Below are positions 22,479-31,677 of a stretch of 39,258 nucleotides of DNA, in pieces; the stretch's first letter is position 1, and each line of letters starts with the position of its first letter. Source of the stretch: Actinomycetes bacterium (lineage in GTDB: Bacteria > Actinomycetota > Actinomycetes > S36-B12); assembly GCA_965662415.1 (NCBI GenBank), contig CBFIHB010000002.1:1-39258 (forward strand). Direction: 5' to 3'. The position numbers and the translations under genes were made by a program. The notes under the pieces were generated by a model. It made no database searches. It was not told the origin of the DNA and worked only from the letters and a program-made list of their open reading frames with translations.

Positions 22479-24544
22479 GCCAATTGCTCGCGAACTCGTT
22501 GGGCTACCACCTGGGAGGTAATGCCGAATTCGGTGAAGAGGCGCTTTCCGTCAGCGCTCGCTCCGAAGTGGTCGATCCCCACGATGGCACCTGAAGCACC
22601 CACGTATCGGTACCAGCCTTGCGTCGATCCGGCCTCGACCGCGACGCGCGCGGTGATCGCCGGATCGATCACCGAATCGCGGTAGGACGCATCCTGGGCC
22701 TCGAACCACTCCAGGCACGGCAGGCTCGCGACATTGACCTCGATGCCTTCGTGGGCGAGTTCCTCGGCTGCCTCGAGTGCCAGGTGGACCTCCGATCCCG
22801 TCGCCAAGATGAGCGCCGCTGGATCTACGGCGCTGCGCACCAGGTAGCCCCCGCGGCGAACCCCATCTCGCACGCGCGGCACATCGGTTCCGGCGACGGG
22901 CACGCCCTGACGCGTCAAGATGAGCCCCACCGGGCGGCGCTGTGCCACGATCGCGGCCCAGGCGGCCGCAGTCTCCTGTGCGTCGGCTGGGCGACAGACC
23001 GCGAACCCCGGGATCGCTCGCAACGACCACAGGTGCTCGATGGGCTGGTGGGTGGGACCATCCTCGCCGAGGCCGATCGAATCATGGGTCCACACGAAGG
23101 TGCTCGCGACACCCATGAGGGCGCTGAGCCGCACGGCACCACGCATGTAGTCACTGAAGACTAAGAACGTGCCGCCGAAGGGACGGGTCAGTCCGTCCAG
23201 GGCGATGCCGTTCACTATCGAGCCCATTGCGTGCTCGCGGATACCGAAGTGGATCACCCGACCGAACGGTGAGGACGTGCTCGTGGACTCGGGCAGGAAA
23301 CTCAAGCCCCCCTCGATGGTCGTGTTGTTCGACTCAGCCAGATCCGCCGAACCTCCCCATAGCTCAGGCATAACCGCGGCAAGCGCGTTGATGGTGTCGC
23401 CGGATGCCTTGCGGGTGGCCACGGACGCACCCGGCTCGTAAGTCGGCAGCTGCGCTACTAGGTCATCGGGCAAACGCTGATCGATCAACCGATCGAGTAG
23501 TGCTGTACGGGCGTGGTTCGCCAAGCGCCACTCCTGGTAGCGGGTTTCCCACTGTGCGTGAGCGCGTGCGCCTCGTTCGCTCCTCCCGGCTCGGATGCGC
23601 GAGAGCAGGTCGGCATCGAAGGCGAAATCGGCGTCGGGGTCCAGGCCGAGTTCGACCTTGGTGGCGGCCACTTCCTCCGGTCCCAGTGCTGCTCCGTGGG
23701 ATTTGGCTGTGCCTTGGGCATTCGGTGCCGGCCAGGCAATGACCGTGCGCATCCGAATGAAAGTGGGCCTGTCGGTTGCGGCTTCGGCTGCCTGAAGCGC
23801 AGCGGACAGAGCCTCGACATCGACATCCCCCGAAGGCAAGGACTCGACCTCGTGAACGTGCCAGCCGTAGGCCCGGTAGCGCGCAGCAACGTCCTCGTCG
23901 ATCGCAACGGCAGTATCGCCCTCGATCGAGATGCGGTTGTCGTCCCACACCACCACCAAGTTCGCAAGACGCTGCCGCCCAGCCAAGGATGATGCCTCGG
24001 CCGAGACACCTTCCTCGAGGTCACCGTCGGAGGCGATGACCCAGATGCGGTGATGGAAAGGTGAATCGTCGGGTGTCGAATCCGGGTCGAAGAGCCCGCG
24101 TTCGAAGCGGGCCGCCATCGCCATGCCCACCGCGGTCGCGATGCCCTGGCCTAGCGGCCCCGTTGTCGTCTCCACTCCGAGGGTGTGGCCGAACTCAGGG
24201 TGACCGGGTGTGAGTGAGTCCCATGTGCGAAAGCCGCGCAGATCGTCCAGTTCGAGTCCGATTCCTGACAGCAGCAACTGGCTGTACAGGGTCAGTGATG
24301 AATGCCCGGCGGACAGTACGAAGCGATCGCGGCCAAGCCAGTGGGGGTCGGCTGGATCGTGCCTGACGAAGTCGCGGAATAGCAGGTAGGCGGCTGGAGC
24401 CAACGCCATGGCGGTGCCTGGGTGGCCGTTTCCTGCCGCTTGAACGGCATCCATGGCCAGCGCTCGTAGGTTCGTCACGGCCGCTGAATCATCAGCGGAC
24501 CAGGCGAATCCGGAATCGTCGGGGCGAATCGGCTCAGCGGTCAC
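22475..24544 (-). CDS. tkt: transketolase
   Basis: Motifs are GHPGTAMALAP, SAGHSSLTLYSQL, ASDGDLEEGVS (ThDP/Mg) and THDSIGLGEDGPTHQPIEH. The start was set to GTG 24544 (VTAEPIRPDD...), giving 689 aa. The track ORF carries a 75-codon Arg/Ser-rich extension that crosses into ctaB. Confidence 0.93.
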   Translation of the reverse strand: MTAEPIRPDDSGFAWSADDSAAVTNLRALAMDAVQAAGNGHPGTAMALAPAAYLLFRDFVRHDPADPHWLGRDRFVLSAGHSSLTLYSQLLLSGIGLELDDLRGFRTWDSLTPGHPEFGHTLGVETTTGPLGQGIATAVGMAMAARFERGLFDPDSTPDDSPFHHRIWVIASDGDLEEGVSAEASSLAGRQRLANLVVVWDDNRISIEGDTAVAIDEDVAARYRAYGWHVHEVESLPSGDVDVEALSAALQAAEAATDRPTFIRMRTVIAWPAPNAQGTAKSHGAALGPEEVAATKVELGLDPDADFAFDADLLSRIRAGRSERGARAHAQWETRYQEWRLANHARTALLDRLIDQRLPDDLVAQLPTYEPGASVATRKASGDTINALAAVMPELWGGSADLAESNNTTIEGGLSFLPESTSTSSPFGRVIHFGIREHAMGSIVNGIALDGLTRPFGGTFLVFSDYMRGAVRLSALMGVASTFVWTHDSIGLGEDGPTHQPIEHLWSLRAIPGFAVCRPADAQETAAAWAAIVAQRRPVGLILTRQGVPVAGTDVPRVRDGVRRGGYLVRSAVDPAALILATGSEVHLALEAAEELAHEGIEVNVASLPCLEWFEAQDASYRDSVIDPAITARVAVEAGSTQGWYRYVGASGAIVGIDHFGASADGKRLFTEFGITSQVVAQRVREQLA

Positions 24545-24551
24545 CCGTGAA

Positions 24552-24557
24552 AGCCTA
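24552..24557 (-). promoter_or_regulatory. candidate -10 hexamer (TAGGCT) for a leaderless tkt transcript
   Basis: The minus strand reads TAGGCT-ttcacgg-GTG, a TANNNT hexamer 7 nt upstream of the proposed GTG start with no Shine-Dalgarno between them. Confidence 0.35.
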
Positions 24558-24563
24558 GGGGCA

Positions 24564-24584
24564 CGAGCGCGGAGATCGCGCTCG
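24564..24584. promoter_or_regulatory. perfect inverted repeat CGAGCGCG-N5-CGCGCTCG in the tkt/ctaB divergent intergenic region
   Basis: Read directly: cgagcgcg (24564-24571), gagat, cgcgctcg (24577-24584). It lies 20-40 bp upstream of the tkt start, between the two candidate -10 elements. Confidence 0.3.
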
Positions 24585-24641
24585 CCTTGGAACGGTTGCG
24601 CCGAGTTTGCGACCTTGCTGGCCCGAGCCGGATCCGCCTTG

Positions 24642-24647
24642 TACGCT
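24642..24647 (+). promoter_or_regulatory. candidate -10 hexamer (TACGCT) for ctaB
   Basis: TACGCT-cgaaggaca-ATG. The hexamer lies 9 nt upstream of ATG 24657, implying a leaderless mRNA or a leader of only a few nucleotides. Confidence 0.3.
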
Positions 24648-24656
24648 CGAAGGACA

Positions 24657-25613
24657 ATGGACCTCCTAGTCGAGTCATCGCCTACCCTCGGGGAGCGTGT
24701 GCGGGCCCACGTCGCCCTCACCAAGCCTCGGATCATCGAACTTCTGCTCGTCACGGCGCTGCCCACCATGTTCCTCGCCGCTCAAGGGCTCCCGACGTGG
24801 CGTGCAACCGTTGCGGTGTTGATCGGAGGGGCCTTGGCCGCGGGTGCGGCGAACACGTTCAACAGCATCTACGACCGCGACATCGATTCAGTGATGCACC
24901 GCACCACGAAACGCCCTGCCGTGACCGGTCGAGTCTCGGTCAGGGCCGGTTTCCTCCAGGGTCTGTTGCTCACTGCTGCGAGCATCACCACGCTGACCGT
25001 GCTCGCGAATCCGCTTTCCGCTCTGTTGGCGGGCTTGGCCATCGTCGGTTACGCCATCGGGTACACCATGCTCCTCAAGCGGCGCACCGATCAGAACATC
25101 GTCTGGGGAGGGGCCGCCGGTTGCATGCCGGTGCTGATCGCCTGGACGGCCGTCACAGGCTCACTTGCCTGGACACCCGTCGTGTTGTTCTTGTTGGTTT
25201 TCTGGTGGACACCGCCGCACTACTGGCCGCTGGCGATCAAGTATCGCGATGACTATCGGGCAGCAGATATTCCCATGTTGCCGGCCGTGCGCGGACCGAA
25301 AGTCGTGGCCCGCCACATCGTGGCCTACTCCTGGGTGATGGTGGCGACCTCGCTAGCGCTCATTTTCGTGGCACCCATGGGCTGGGTGTACGCGATCGGG
25401 GCGGCATCGCTAGGAGCGGCGTTCCTGGTTCAGGCGTATCGACTGTGGGCCAGTGTGCGACGCGATTGCCGTAGTTCCAGCGTTGACGGTTCATCTCCCC
25501 TGACCGACTATTCCGAGCGATCCTTGAAGCTCTCGATGCAGTTGTTCCATGGGTCCATCACGTATTTGGCCGTCATCTTCTTGCTCGTGGGTCTTGACCC
25601 GTTCGTTCGCTGA
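24657..25613 (+). CDS. ctaB: protoheme IX farnesyltransferase (heme O synthase)
   Basis: UbiA-family Asp-rich motif NTFNSIYDRDIDSVMHRTTKRP, with multiple TM helices. The start was set to ATG 24657 (MDLLVESSPTLGERVRAHVALTKPRIIELL), because the track ORF extends 68 codons across the tkt start. Confidence 0.9.
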   Translation: MDLLVESSPTLGERVRAHVALTKPRIIELLLVTALPTMFLAAQGLPTWRATVAVLIGGALAAGAANTFNSIYDRDIDSVMHRTTKRPAVTGRVSVRAGFLQGLLLTAASITTLTVLANPLSALLAGLAIVGYAIGYTMLLKRRTDQNIVWGGAAGCMPVLIAWTAVTGSLAWTPVVLFLLVFWWTPPHYWPLAIKYRDDYRAADIPMLPAVRGPKVVARHIVAYSWVMVATSLALIFVAPMGWVYAIGAASLGAAFLVQAYRLWASVRRDCRSSSVDGSSPLTDYSERSLKLSMQLFHGSITYLAVIFLLVGLDPFVR

Positions 25614-25649
25614 CGAGCTGACTGTCACGTATTGAGGCAAGGCTGCCGA

Positions 25650-26654
25650 TCAGCGAAGAACCGAATCCACACCGACGAATTCATTCTCTGGCGCGATCCC
25701 GCGCGTACGAAGCGTCGGAGGTACGAAGAGCACCGCTATCCACACACCGATGGCGCCCAGCACGTGCAAGGAGACGAGGAGTTCGGGTAGTCCGGTGAAG
25801 TACTGCGAGTAGCCGAGCACACCTTGCACGAGGGCGATGCCCAGAAGAATCAGTACCCGCTTGGTGACAAGTCGTGGGGCACTCGCAACGTGGGCAGCCA
25901 CCAGCAGACCGACGGTGAGGCCGAGGAACAGCAGCACCGAATCGGCGTGCAACCACGCAACGGTGCGCGGATCGAAGCCGAAACGCACTTCCACGTCAGC
26001 GTCCCCGGAGTGGGGGCCGCTGCCCGTGGTGATAACCCCGAGGATGACGACGACAGCCGTCGCTGCCACCAGGCCCCAGGTGAGAAGTCGGATCGGCATG
26101 GACACCAACCAGCGGACTGGTTGATCGCCGGGTTCACCTGAACGTACGACGAGCGCAACGCAGATGGCAACGAGCGCGATAGACACGAGGAAATGGGCCG
26201 AGACGGTGAGTGGGTGCAGGCCGGTGAGCACCGTGATTCCACCGAGGACGGCCTGTGCGACCGTGCCCACGAGTGGGACGAAGGCCATCACGGTGAGGAT
26301 GCGACGCGGTGGCAGACCTTGACGTCGTCGTCGGCTGCGATCCACGAGTGCTGCCACGATGGCGGCGATAGCGGCTACCGCCAGCACGAAAGTGAGGAGT
26401 CGGTTGCCGAATTCGATGTACTTGTGCCAGGACTCCGCTTGGCGCTCGGTGGGGATGTAGGACCCTTCAGCGCACTGTGGCCAGGTAGGACATCCAAGAC
26501 CGCTGCCGGTGATGCGGACTACCGCTCCGGTCAGGATGATCCCGGATTGCACGACCAGATTGGCTATGTAGACACCGCGTATCCAGCGCGGTGATCTTCC
26601 CGATTCCTGTCGGAAGTCTCCGGCGGGCGCGGGGGAGGTGATCGAAGCGGCCAC
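25650..26654 (-). CDS. ctaA: heme A synthase (COX15/CtaA family)
   Basis: 334 aa with about 8 TM helices, the N-terminal loop Cys pair GSGLGCPTWPQC, and conserved His in TM segments (SAHFLV, SLHVLGA). GTG start at 26654. Convergent with ctaB. Confidence 0.85.
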   Translation of the reverse strand: MAASITSPAPAGDFRQESGRSPRWIRGVYIANLVVQSGIILTGAVVRITGSGLGCPTWPQCAEGSYIPTERQAESWHKYIEFGNRLLTFVLAVAAIAAIVAALVDRSRRRRQGLPPRRILTVMAFVPLVGTVAQAVLGGITVLTGLHPLTVSAHFLVSIALVAICVALVVRSGEPGDQPVRWLVSMPIRLLTWGLVAATAVVVILGVITTGSGPHSGDADVEVRFGFDPRTVAWLHADSVLLFLGLTVGLLVAAHVASAPRLVTKRVLILLGIALVQGVLGYSQYFTGLPELLVSLHVLGAIGVWIAVLFVPPTLRTRGIAPENEFVGVDSVLR

Positions 26655-26660
26655 ATCTGC

Positions 26661-26666
26661 ACTGTA
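26661..26666 (-). promoter_or_regulatory. candidate -10 hexamer (TACAGT) for a leaderless ctaA transcript
   Basis: The minus strand reads TACAGT-gcagat-GTG, a TANNNT hexamer 6 nt upstream of the GTG start with no Shine-Dalgarno. A TTGACC lies 22 nt further upstream, which is too far for a canonical -35. Confidence 0.35.
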
Positions 26667-26719
26667 ACCGCAGTGGGCGTGGAGGGCAGGTCAAGCTGAT
26701 GCGTGCGGATCGAGTGTGG

Positions 26720-27454
26720 TCAACGCCACCGGAAGGATCGCGTAGCCACGACTGTCCCCAGGGCACCCCAAGCGATCAGCGTCCCCGCCGCGAGGGGACT
26801 CGAACCGCTCGCCGCCTGCACCACCGCACCTGGAGGTAGCCATTCCACTAGGGCTCCGAAGGGCAAGTTCGCAGCGGGGATGAGCACACCACCGAACAAG
26901 ATCGCCAGGACGAATATCGCGTTCGCCACTGCCAAAACCCCCTCGGACCTCAGTGTGCCGCCTAGGACGAAGGCCCATGGAACGACGGCGCACATGCCCA
27001 GAATCGAGCCGATCGCCAGCCAGACCCATGAAGGCGACTCATCGGTCGCCTGCTGGCTAGCGCCGCTGAGGATCCAAACGCCGACGACGATTACGAGAGA
27101 CAACAATGCAGTGAGCGCAATGGCGGCGAACGTGCCGGCGATGATTGCCGATCGGGGCAGGGGAGTGGTGCCCAAAAACGCGTAGCTGCCGTATCGCCGT
27201 TCGAAGGCGATCGTGATCGCAGGTGATGTGAATCCCGAACCCAGCACGATCAAGGCGGCGACGACGGCGAGAACGGGGCCGTCGGACACCAGAAAATCTG
27301 TTCGGGTCAGTACGAGCACGGCGATCACAGGTATCCCGACGACGAGGAGTAGCTGCTCTCCGTTGCGCCACGTGGTGCGCAGGGACCAGCGTGCATGGGT
27401 GATGCTCATGGACCACCACGACCGCGTGCTTGCCGAGGCCGAAGTATCGGTCAC
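26720..27454 (-). CDS. ABC-2 type transporter permease
   Basis: Six hydrophobic helices with no ATPase motifs. GTG 27454 forms a GTGA overlap with the upstream ATPase stop. An alternative start is ATG 27409 (MSITHARW...). Confidence 0.75.
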   Translation of the reverse strand: MTDTSASASTRSWWSMSITHARWSLRTTWRNGEQLLLVVGIPVIAVLVLTRTDFLVSDGPVLAVVAALIVLGSGFTSPAITIAFERRYGSYAFLGTTPLPRSAIIAGTFAAIALTALLSLVIVVGVWILSGASQQATDESPSWVWLAIGSILGMCAVVPWAFVLGGTLRSEGVLAVANAIFVLAILFGGVLIPAANLPFGALVEWLPPGAVVQAASGSSPLAAGTLIAWGALGTVVATRSFRWR

Positions 27455-28383
27455 GTGACCCGCCCTCCGATCGCATCGCGGATCACCGAGCCGAGATCGG
27501 CGATAGACACCTCCGGCGGTACACCGTGTTGGGCGCACCAGGAGGTCAGGGTTGCGACCGTTCCGGGATCGATGTCACCTGGCACTTGCACTCGGTACAA
27601 GCCGGGCGTGATCTCCATGCAGGTCGATCCGATTGGCAGGGCGTCGAGCAGGGCGTCGACGTCCAGATGCGAAGGTGCGCGTAACTCGATTCGATCGCGC
27701 GGGCGAAGTTCGTCCGGAGTACCGCGCAGCACCACGGACCCTGCTCGCATCACAACGACGAAGTCCGCGAGGGCACTCACGTCTTCGATCAGGTGTGTCG
27801 ACAAGACGATCGCCGACCCGGCAGTGCGCTGCGCATCCAGCACCTCATGCATCCGGGCCCGCCCGACGGGATCGAGCGCGGTTGTGGGCTCATCGAGCAT
27901 CATCGCGGTCGGATTGCCGATCATCGCCGCCGCCCACGCGACCCTCTTGGCCTGGCCACCGGACAGTCGACGGATGGGGGTGCGAGCGCAATCGTCTATC
28001 TCCACCGATGCCATTACCTCGGCGACATTCCGAGGGTGCGGGTACAGCCGAGCAATGTATGCGAGGAACTCTGCGGGTCGGGCGCTGCCCGGTAGCCCAC
28101 CGTCTTGCAGCATGACGCCGAGTTCCTGACGGTTGGCCGGTGCGCCGGGCGCACGCCCGAGTACCGCCAAGTCCCCGGACGTAAGCCGTCGCAGCCCGCT
28201 CGCGGTTTCCAGCAAAGTGGTCTTGCCGGCGCCGTTGGCCCCCAGCACGCAGGTGATCCCGGCACCGGGGACCTCCAGGTCCACTGCATCCAGAGCGGTC
28301 ACCGCAGGGCTGCCTCCCGCGCTATAGCGGACGGTGGCTCTGCGAGCCTGCAGGAGTGGGGGGCGGGACGACCGTTCGGACAC
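27451..28383 (-). CDS. ABC transporter ATP-binding protein (partner of the ABC-2 permease)
   Basis: Walker A GANGAGKTT, signature LSGGQAKRV, Walker B MMLDEPTTALD, H-loop STHLIED. GTG start at 28383. Confidence 0.9.
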   Translation of the reverse strand: MSERSSRPPLLQARRATVRYSAGGSPAVTALDAVDLEVPGAGITCVLGANGAGKTTLLETASGLRRLTSGDLAVLGRAPGAPANRQELGVMLQDGGLPGSARPAEFLAYIARLYPHPRNVAEVMASVEIDDCARTPIRRLSGGQAKRVAWAAAMIGNPTAMMLDEPTTALDPVGRARMHEVLDAQRTAGSAIVLSTHLIEDVSALADFVVVMRAGSVVLRGTPDELRPRDRIELRAPSHLDVDALLDALPIGSTCMEITPGLYRVQVPGDIDPGTVATLTSWCAQHGVPPEVSIADLGSVIRDAIGGRVT

Positions 28384-28389
28384 CGCGCG

Positions 28390-28395
28390 AGTCTA
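28390..28395 (-). promoter_or_regulatory. candidate -10 hexamer (TAGACT) for a leaderless ABC-ATPase transcript
   Basis: The minus strand reads TAGACT-cgcgcg-GTG, a hexamer 6 nt upstream of the GTG start with no Shine-Dalgarno. Confidence 0.35.
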
Positions 28396-28432
28396 GGTCG
28401 CGGGGTCCGATTTGCACCGCTGTCGATTTACG

Positions 28433-28446
28433 CAACAATAGTGTTG
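28433..28446. promoter_or_regulatory. candidate SufR operator, perfect palindrome CAAC-N6-GTTG
   Basis: Read directly: CAAC (28433-28436), aatagt, GTTG (28443-28446). The last G is the first base of the proposed sufR GTG start. It overlaps an AACAAT -10-like hexamer (28434-28439) 6 nt before that GTG. Confidence 0.45.
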
Positions 28447-29108
28447 TGAAATTCCCGACCGATGCCGCGGAGCGGGTCGCCCGCGCCCTGGCCGCGCGTG
28501 GGCCCTCCACCGCCGCAGCCCTTGCCGGGGAACTCGGCACGTCCGCGACCGCGGTGCGTCGACCGTTGCGCGCGCTGCAGGAGGCGAACTTGGTGCAAGC
28601 CTTGGATCGGGCCCCTTATGGACCGGGGCCTCGTCGTGGCCGGGGTCGCCCCAGCGCGGTCTTCACACTCACCGACGCAGGGCGGGCGGCGTGCGATCAG
28701 GCCTACGACGCCCTTTCACTGGAGGCGCTGCGCTTCATCGCCGAACGAGACGGCCGAGAGGCGGTAGCGGCCTTCGCGGCACAGCGTGCGCGCCGCGTAG
28801 TCGGCACCAATGACGTGGGAAATATCGACGCCGTAGCCCGGCGCTTGACCGAGCAAGGCTTCGCAGCAACGGTGGAGCCGCTCGCCCAAGAGGGAGCACA
28901 GTTGTGTCAGCACCACTGTCCCGTCGTGGAAGCCGCAGCGGAGTTCCCGGAATTGTGCGAAGCCGAAACCCAGGCGCTGAGTGCGGTGCTGGGCACGCAT
29001 GTCACGAGGTTGGCCACATTGGCCCACGGTGACGGAATCTGTACGACCCTCGTCCCCGAGGTGGCAGGCAGTACGCAGATAACCCCGAAAAGGAAGGTGA
29101 AGGCATGA
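28446..29108 (+). CDS. sufR: Fe-S-sensing transcriptional regulator SufR (winged-HTH)
   Basis: N-terminal HTH ([34 protein letters not shown]), a C-terminal Cys cluster (LCQHHCPVV...ELCEAE...GICTT), and a position directly upstream of sufB with an ATGA overlap. Start is GTG 28446. The only other in-frame start, ATG 28356, would overlap the divergent ATPase gene. Confidence 0.75.
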   Translation: MKFPTDAAERVARALAARGPSTAAALAGELGTSATAVRRPLRALQEANLVQALDRAPYGPGPRRGRGRPSAVFTLTDAGRAACDQAYDALSLEALRFIAERDGREAVAAFAAQRARRVVGTNDVGNIDAVARRLTEQGFAATVEPLAQEGAQLCQHHCPVVEAAAEFPELCEAETQALSAVLGTHVTRLATLAHGDGICTTLVPEVAGSTQITPKRKVKA

Positions 29109-30526
29109 GCACGACAGCCGACGAGCAGGCAGCGACTATCGCCGAACTCGGGAATTACGAGTACGGATGGCATGACGCGGATGCCGCCGGTGCCACCGCG
29201 CGTCGCGGCCTGAACGAGGATGTCGTGCGCGATATCTCTTCGCGCAAGGGTGAGCCGCAGTGGATGTTGGATCTTCGCTTGAAGGGTCTACGCCTTTTCG
29301 ACAAGAAGCCGATGCCGACCTGGGGATCGGATCTGGGCGGCATCGATTTCGACAACATCAAGTACTTCGTGAAATCGACCGAGAAGCAGGCGACCAGTTG
29401 GGACGAGCTTCCCGAGGACATCAAGAACACGTACGACAGACTCGGCATCCCGGAGGCCGAGAAGCAGCGGTTGATCGCCGGTGTCGCCGCGCAGTACGAG
29501 TCAGAAGTCGTCTACCACAAGATCCGCGAGGACCTCGAGGAGCAGGGTGTCCTGTTCCTGGATACCGATACTGCGCTGCGCGAGCACGAGGAGATCTTCC
29601 GCGAGTACTTCGGCTCGGTCATCCCCGTTGGTGACAATAAATTCGCGGCGTTGAACACCGCCGTGTGGTCTGGTGGCTCGTTCATCTATGTTCCCAAGGG
29701 TGTGCACGTCGAGATCCCACTGCAGGCGTACTTCCGGATTAACACCGAGAACATGGGGCAGTTCGAGCGGACTTTGATCATCGTCGACGAAGACGCCTAC
29801 GTGCACTACGTCGAGGGTTGCACCGCACCGATTTACTCCTCGGATTCGCTGCACTCGGCGGTGGTGGAGATCATCGTCAAGAAGGGTGCCCGCTGCCGCT
29901 ACACGACGATTCAGAACTGGTCCACGAATGTCTACAACCTGGTAACCAAGCGCGCCATCGCGCATGAGGGCGCCACCATGGAGTGGGTTGATGGCAATCT
30001 CGGATCCAAGGTCACCATGAAGTACCCGGCCGTGTGGTTGACGGGCGAACACGCGAGGGGCGAGACCCTCTCGGTGGCGTTCGCCGGGGAAAAGCAGCAC
30101 CAGGATGCGGGGGCCAAGATGGTGCATGCGGCTCCGTACACGTCCTCGTCCATTATCTCCAAGTCCGTAGCGCGCGGCGGTGGCCGCACCTCCTATCGCG
30201 GCCTGGTGCAGGTGCATGAGGGTGCGCACCATTCCAAGAGCACGGTCAAGTGCGATGCGTTGCTCGTCGATGACATCTCCCGATCAGACACCTATCCATA
30301 CGTGGACGTTCGCGAAGACGATGTCGCGATGGGCCACGAGGCCACCGTGTCGAAGGTGAGTGAGGAACAGCTGTTCTACCTGATGTCGCGCGGCCTAGAT
30401 GAGGACGAAGCGATGGCCATGATCGTGCGCGGGTTCATCGAGCCCATCGCGCGCGAACTACCGATGGAGTACGCCCTGGAACTGAACCGGCTGATCGAGC
30501 TGCAAATGGAAGGGGCAGTGGGTTGA
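29105..30526 (+). CDS. sufB: Fe-S cluster assembly protein SufB
   Basis: 473 aa. Conserved stretches are [36 protein letters not shown] and [12 protein letters not shown]. The length is uninterrupted, so there is no intein-sized insertion. Confidence 0.95.
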   Translation: MSTTADEQAATIAELGNYEYGWHDADAAGATARRGLNEDVVRDISSRKGEPQWMLDLRLKGLRLFDKKPMPTWGSDLGGIDFDNIKYFVKSTEKQATSWDELPEDIKNTYDRLGIPEAEKQRLIAGVAAQYESEVVYHKIREDLEEQGVLFLDTDTALREHEEIFREYFGSVIPVGDNKFAALNTAVWSGGSFIYVPKGVHVEIPLQAYFRINTENMGQFERTLIIVDEDAYVHYVEGCTAPIYSSDSLHSAVVEIIVKKGARCRYTTIQNWSTNVYNLVTKRAIAHEGATMEWVDGNLGSKVTMKYPAVWLTGEHARGETLSVAFAGEKQHQDAGAKMVHAAPYTSSSIISKSVARGGGRTSYRGLVQVHEGAHHSKSTVKCDALLVDDISRSDTYPYVDVREDDVAMGHEATVSKVSEEQLFYLMSRGLDEDEAMAMIVRGFIEPIARELPMEYALELNRLIELQMEGAVG

Positions 30527-31677
30527 GCAACGCCACCGCTACAACACCGCGTTCAGACCTCGCACCCCGGATCGCGTCCAATGATCCTGCCGACCATTCC
30601 GTGCCGCAGGGGCGCGAGGAGGAGTGGCGCTTCACGCCGCTGGCGGCGATCGAGGACTTCTTCGAGTTAGGCGAGTCCTGGGGCTCGGTGATAGCTCCCG
30701 ATGGAGAATTCGTCACGACCATGTCCGCGGCGAGCGCCGACCTGTTGGCGTGGGAAGGGGTCGATCGTCCGTCGGCGTTGGTACACAGCGGGGCCGAGCA
30801 GATCGTCTCCATCGACATCCCAGCCGAGAACGAGGTCGCTGGGGTGATCGTGGTCGATCTCGCAGGGCAGCAGGCATCGAATTACGCCCGGATCGACATC
30901 CGAGCGGGTGCCTTCTCACGTGCCACGGTGGTGCTGAGGCATGACATGACTAGCGACGTCAACGGGGTAATCGTCACCGACATCGCTGATCAGGCGAATT
31001 TGACGGTGCTGAATATCCACGACGGTCCGCGCAACAGTAGGCACCTTTGGCACTGGCATTCCACCGTTGGTCGGGATGCATCATTACTCGGCCTGTCGAT
31101 CACCCTGGGTGGATCGTTCGTCCGGATGCAACCAAGCGTGCGCTACGCCGGCCCCGGTGGCTCGGTCGAGATGCTTGGAGCGTTCTTGGCAACCGACGCC
31201 CAGTTCCAGGAGTTTCGGATATTCATCGATCACAACGAGCCACACTGCACAAGCAACGTCGTCTACAAGGGTGCGTTGTCTGGGAAGAATGCTCATACCG
31301 TGTGGATCGGGGATGTGCTTGTGCGCCGGGAAGCAGTCGGCATCGAGACCTACGAGCTGAACCGGAACCTCCTGCTCGGCGATGGACCCCGCGCGGATTC
31401 GGTTCCCAACCTGGAGTTGGAGACCGGAGATGTTGTCGGGGCCGGCCATGCCAGTGCAACCGGACGCTTCGACGATGAGCAACTGTTCTACTTGCAATCG
31501 CGGGGAATCCCCGAGGTGCTGGCGCGGCAGTTGGTGGTTCGCGGGTTCTTCGTCGAAGTTCTGGACAAGGTTGCCAACGAGGAGCTGCGCGCAGATGTCC
31601 TACGCCGTATCGAGGAGCGGATCGGGATGGACGTCCTCGACGCTCAGCTCGACCGCGGCTCGGAGGAATCGGCATGA
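30523..31677 (+). CDS. sufD: Fe-S cluster assembly protein SufD
   Basis: TTG start overlapping the sufB stop (TTGA). The C-terminal SufB/D-fold signature is [24 protein letters not shown]. Confidence 0.9.
   Translation: MSNATATTPRSDLAPRIASNDPADHSVPQGREEEWRFTPLAAIEDFFELGESWGSVIAPDGEFVTTMSAASADLLAWEGVDRPSALVHSGAEQIVSIDIPAENEVAGVIVVDLAGQQASNYARIDIRAGAFSRATVVLRHDMTSDVNGVIVTDIADQANLTVLNIHDGPRNSRHLWHWHSTVGRDASLLGLSITLGGSFVRMQPSVRYAGPGGSVEMLGAFLATDAQFQEFRIFIDHNEPHCTSNVVYKGALSGKNAHTVWIGDVLVRREAVGIETYELNRNLLLGDGPRADSVPNLELETGDVVGAGHASATGRFDDEQLFYLQSRGIPEVLARQLVVRGFFVEVLDKVANEELRADVLRRIEERIGMDVLDAQLDRGSEESA

Noticed and set aside
24545-24769. Long 5' extensions in the ORF track. Examples are tkt to 24769, ctaB from 24453, tpiA from 17059, pgk from 16118, whiA from 13952, uvrC from 10157, the Rieske lipoprotein from 9613, sufR from 28356 and the crotonase from 36474
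   Set aside because: The extensions overlap the neighbouring conserved gene and have Arg/Pro/Ser-rich, non-conserved sequence. Each contains an internal start with a ribosome-binding site, a 4-nt overlap or a -10 box that yields the canonical N terminus.
25614-25649. Possible bidirectional terminator between the convergent ctaB and ctaA
   Set aside because: I could find only 3-4 bp complementary segments in the 36-bp spacer, with no stable stem and no T-tract.
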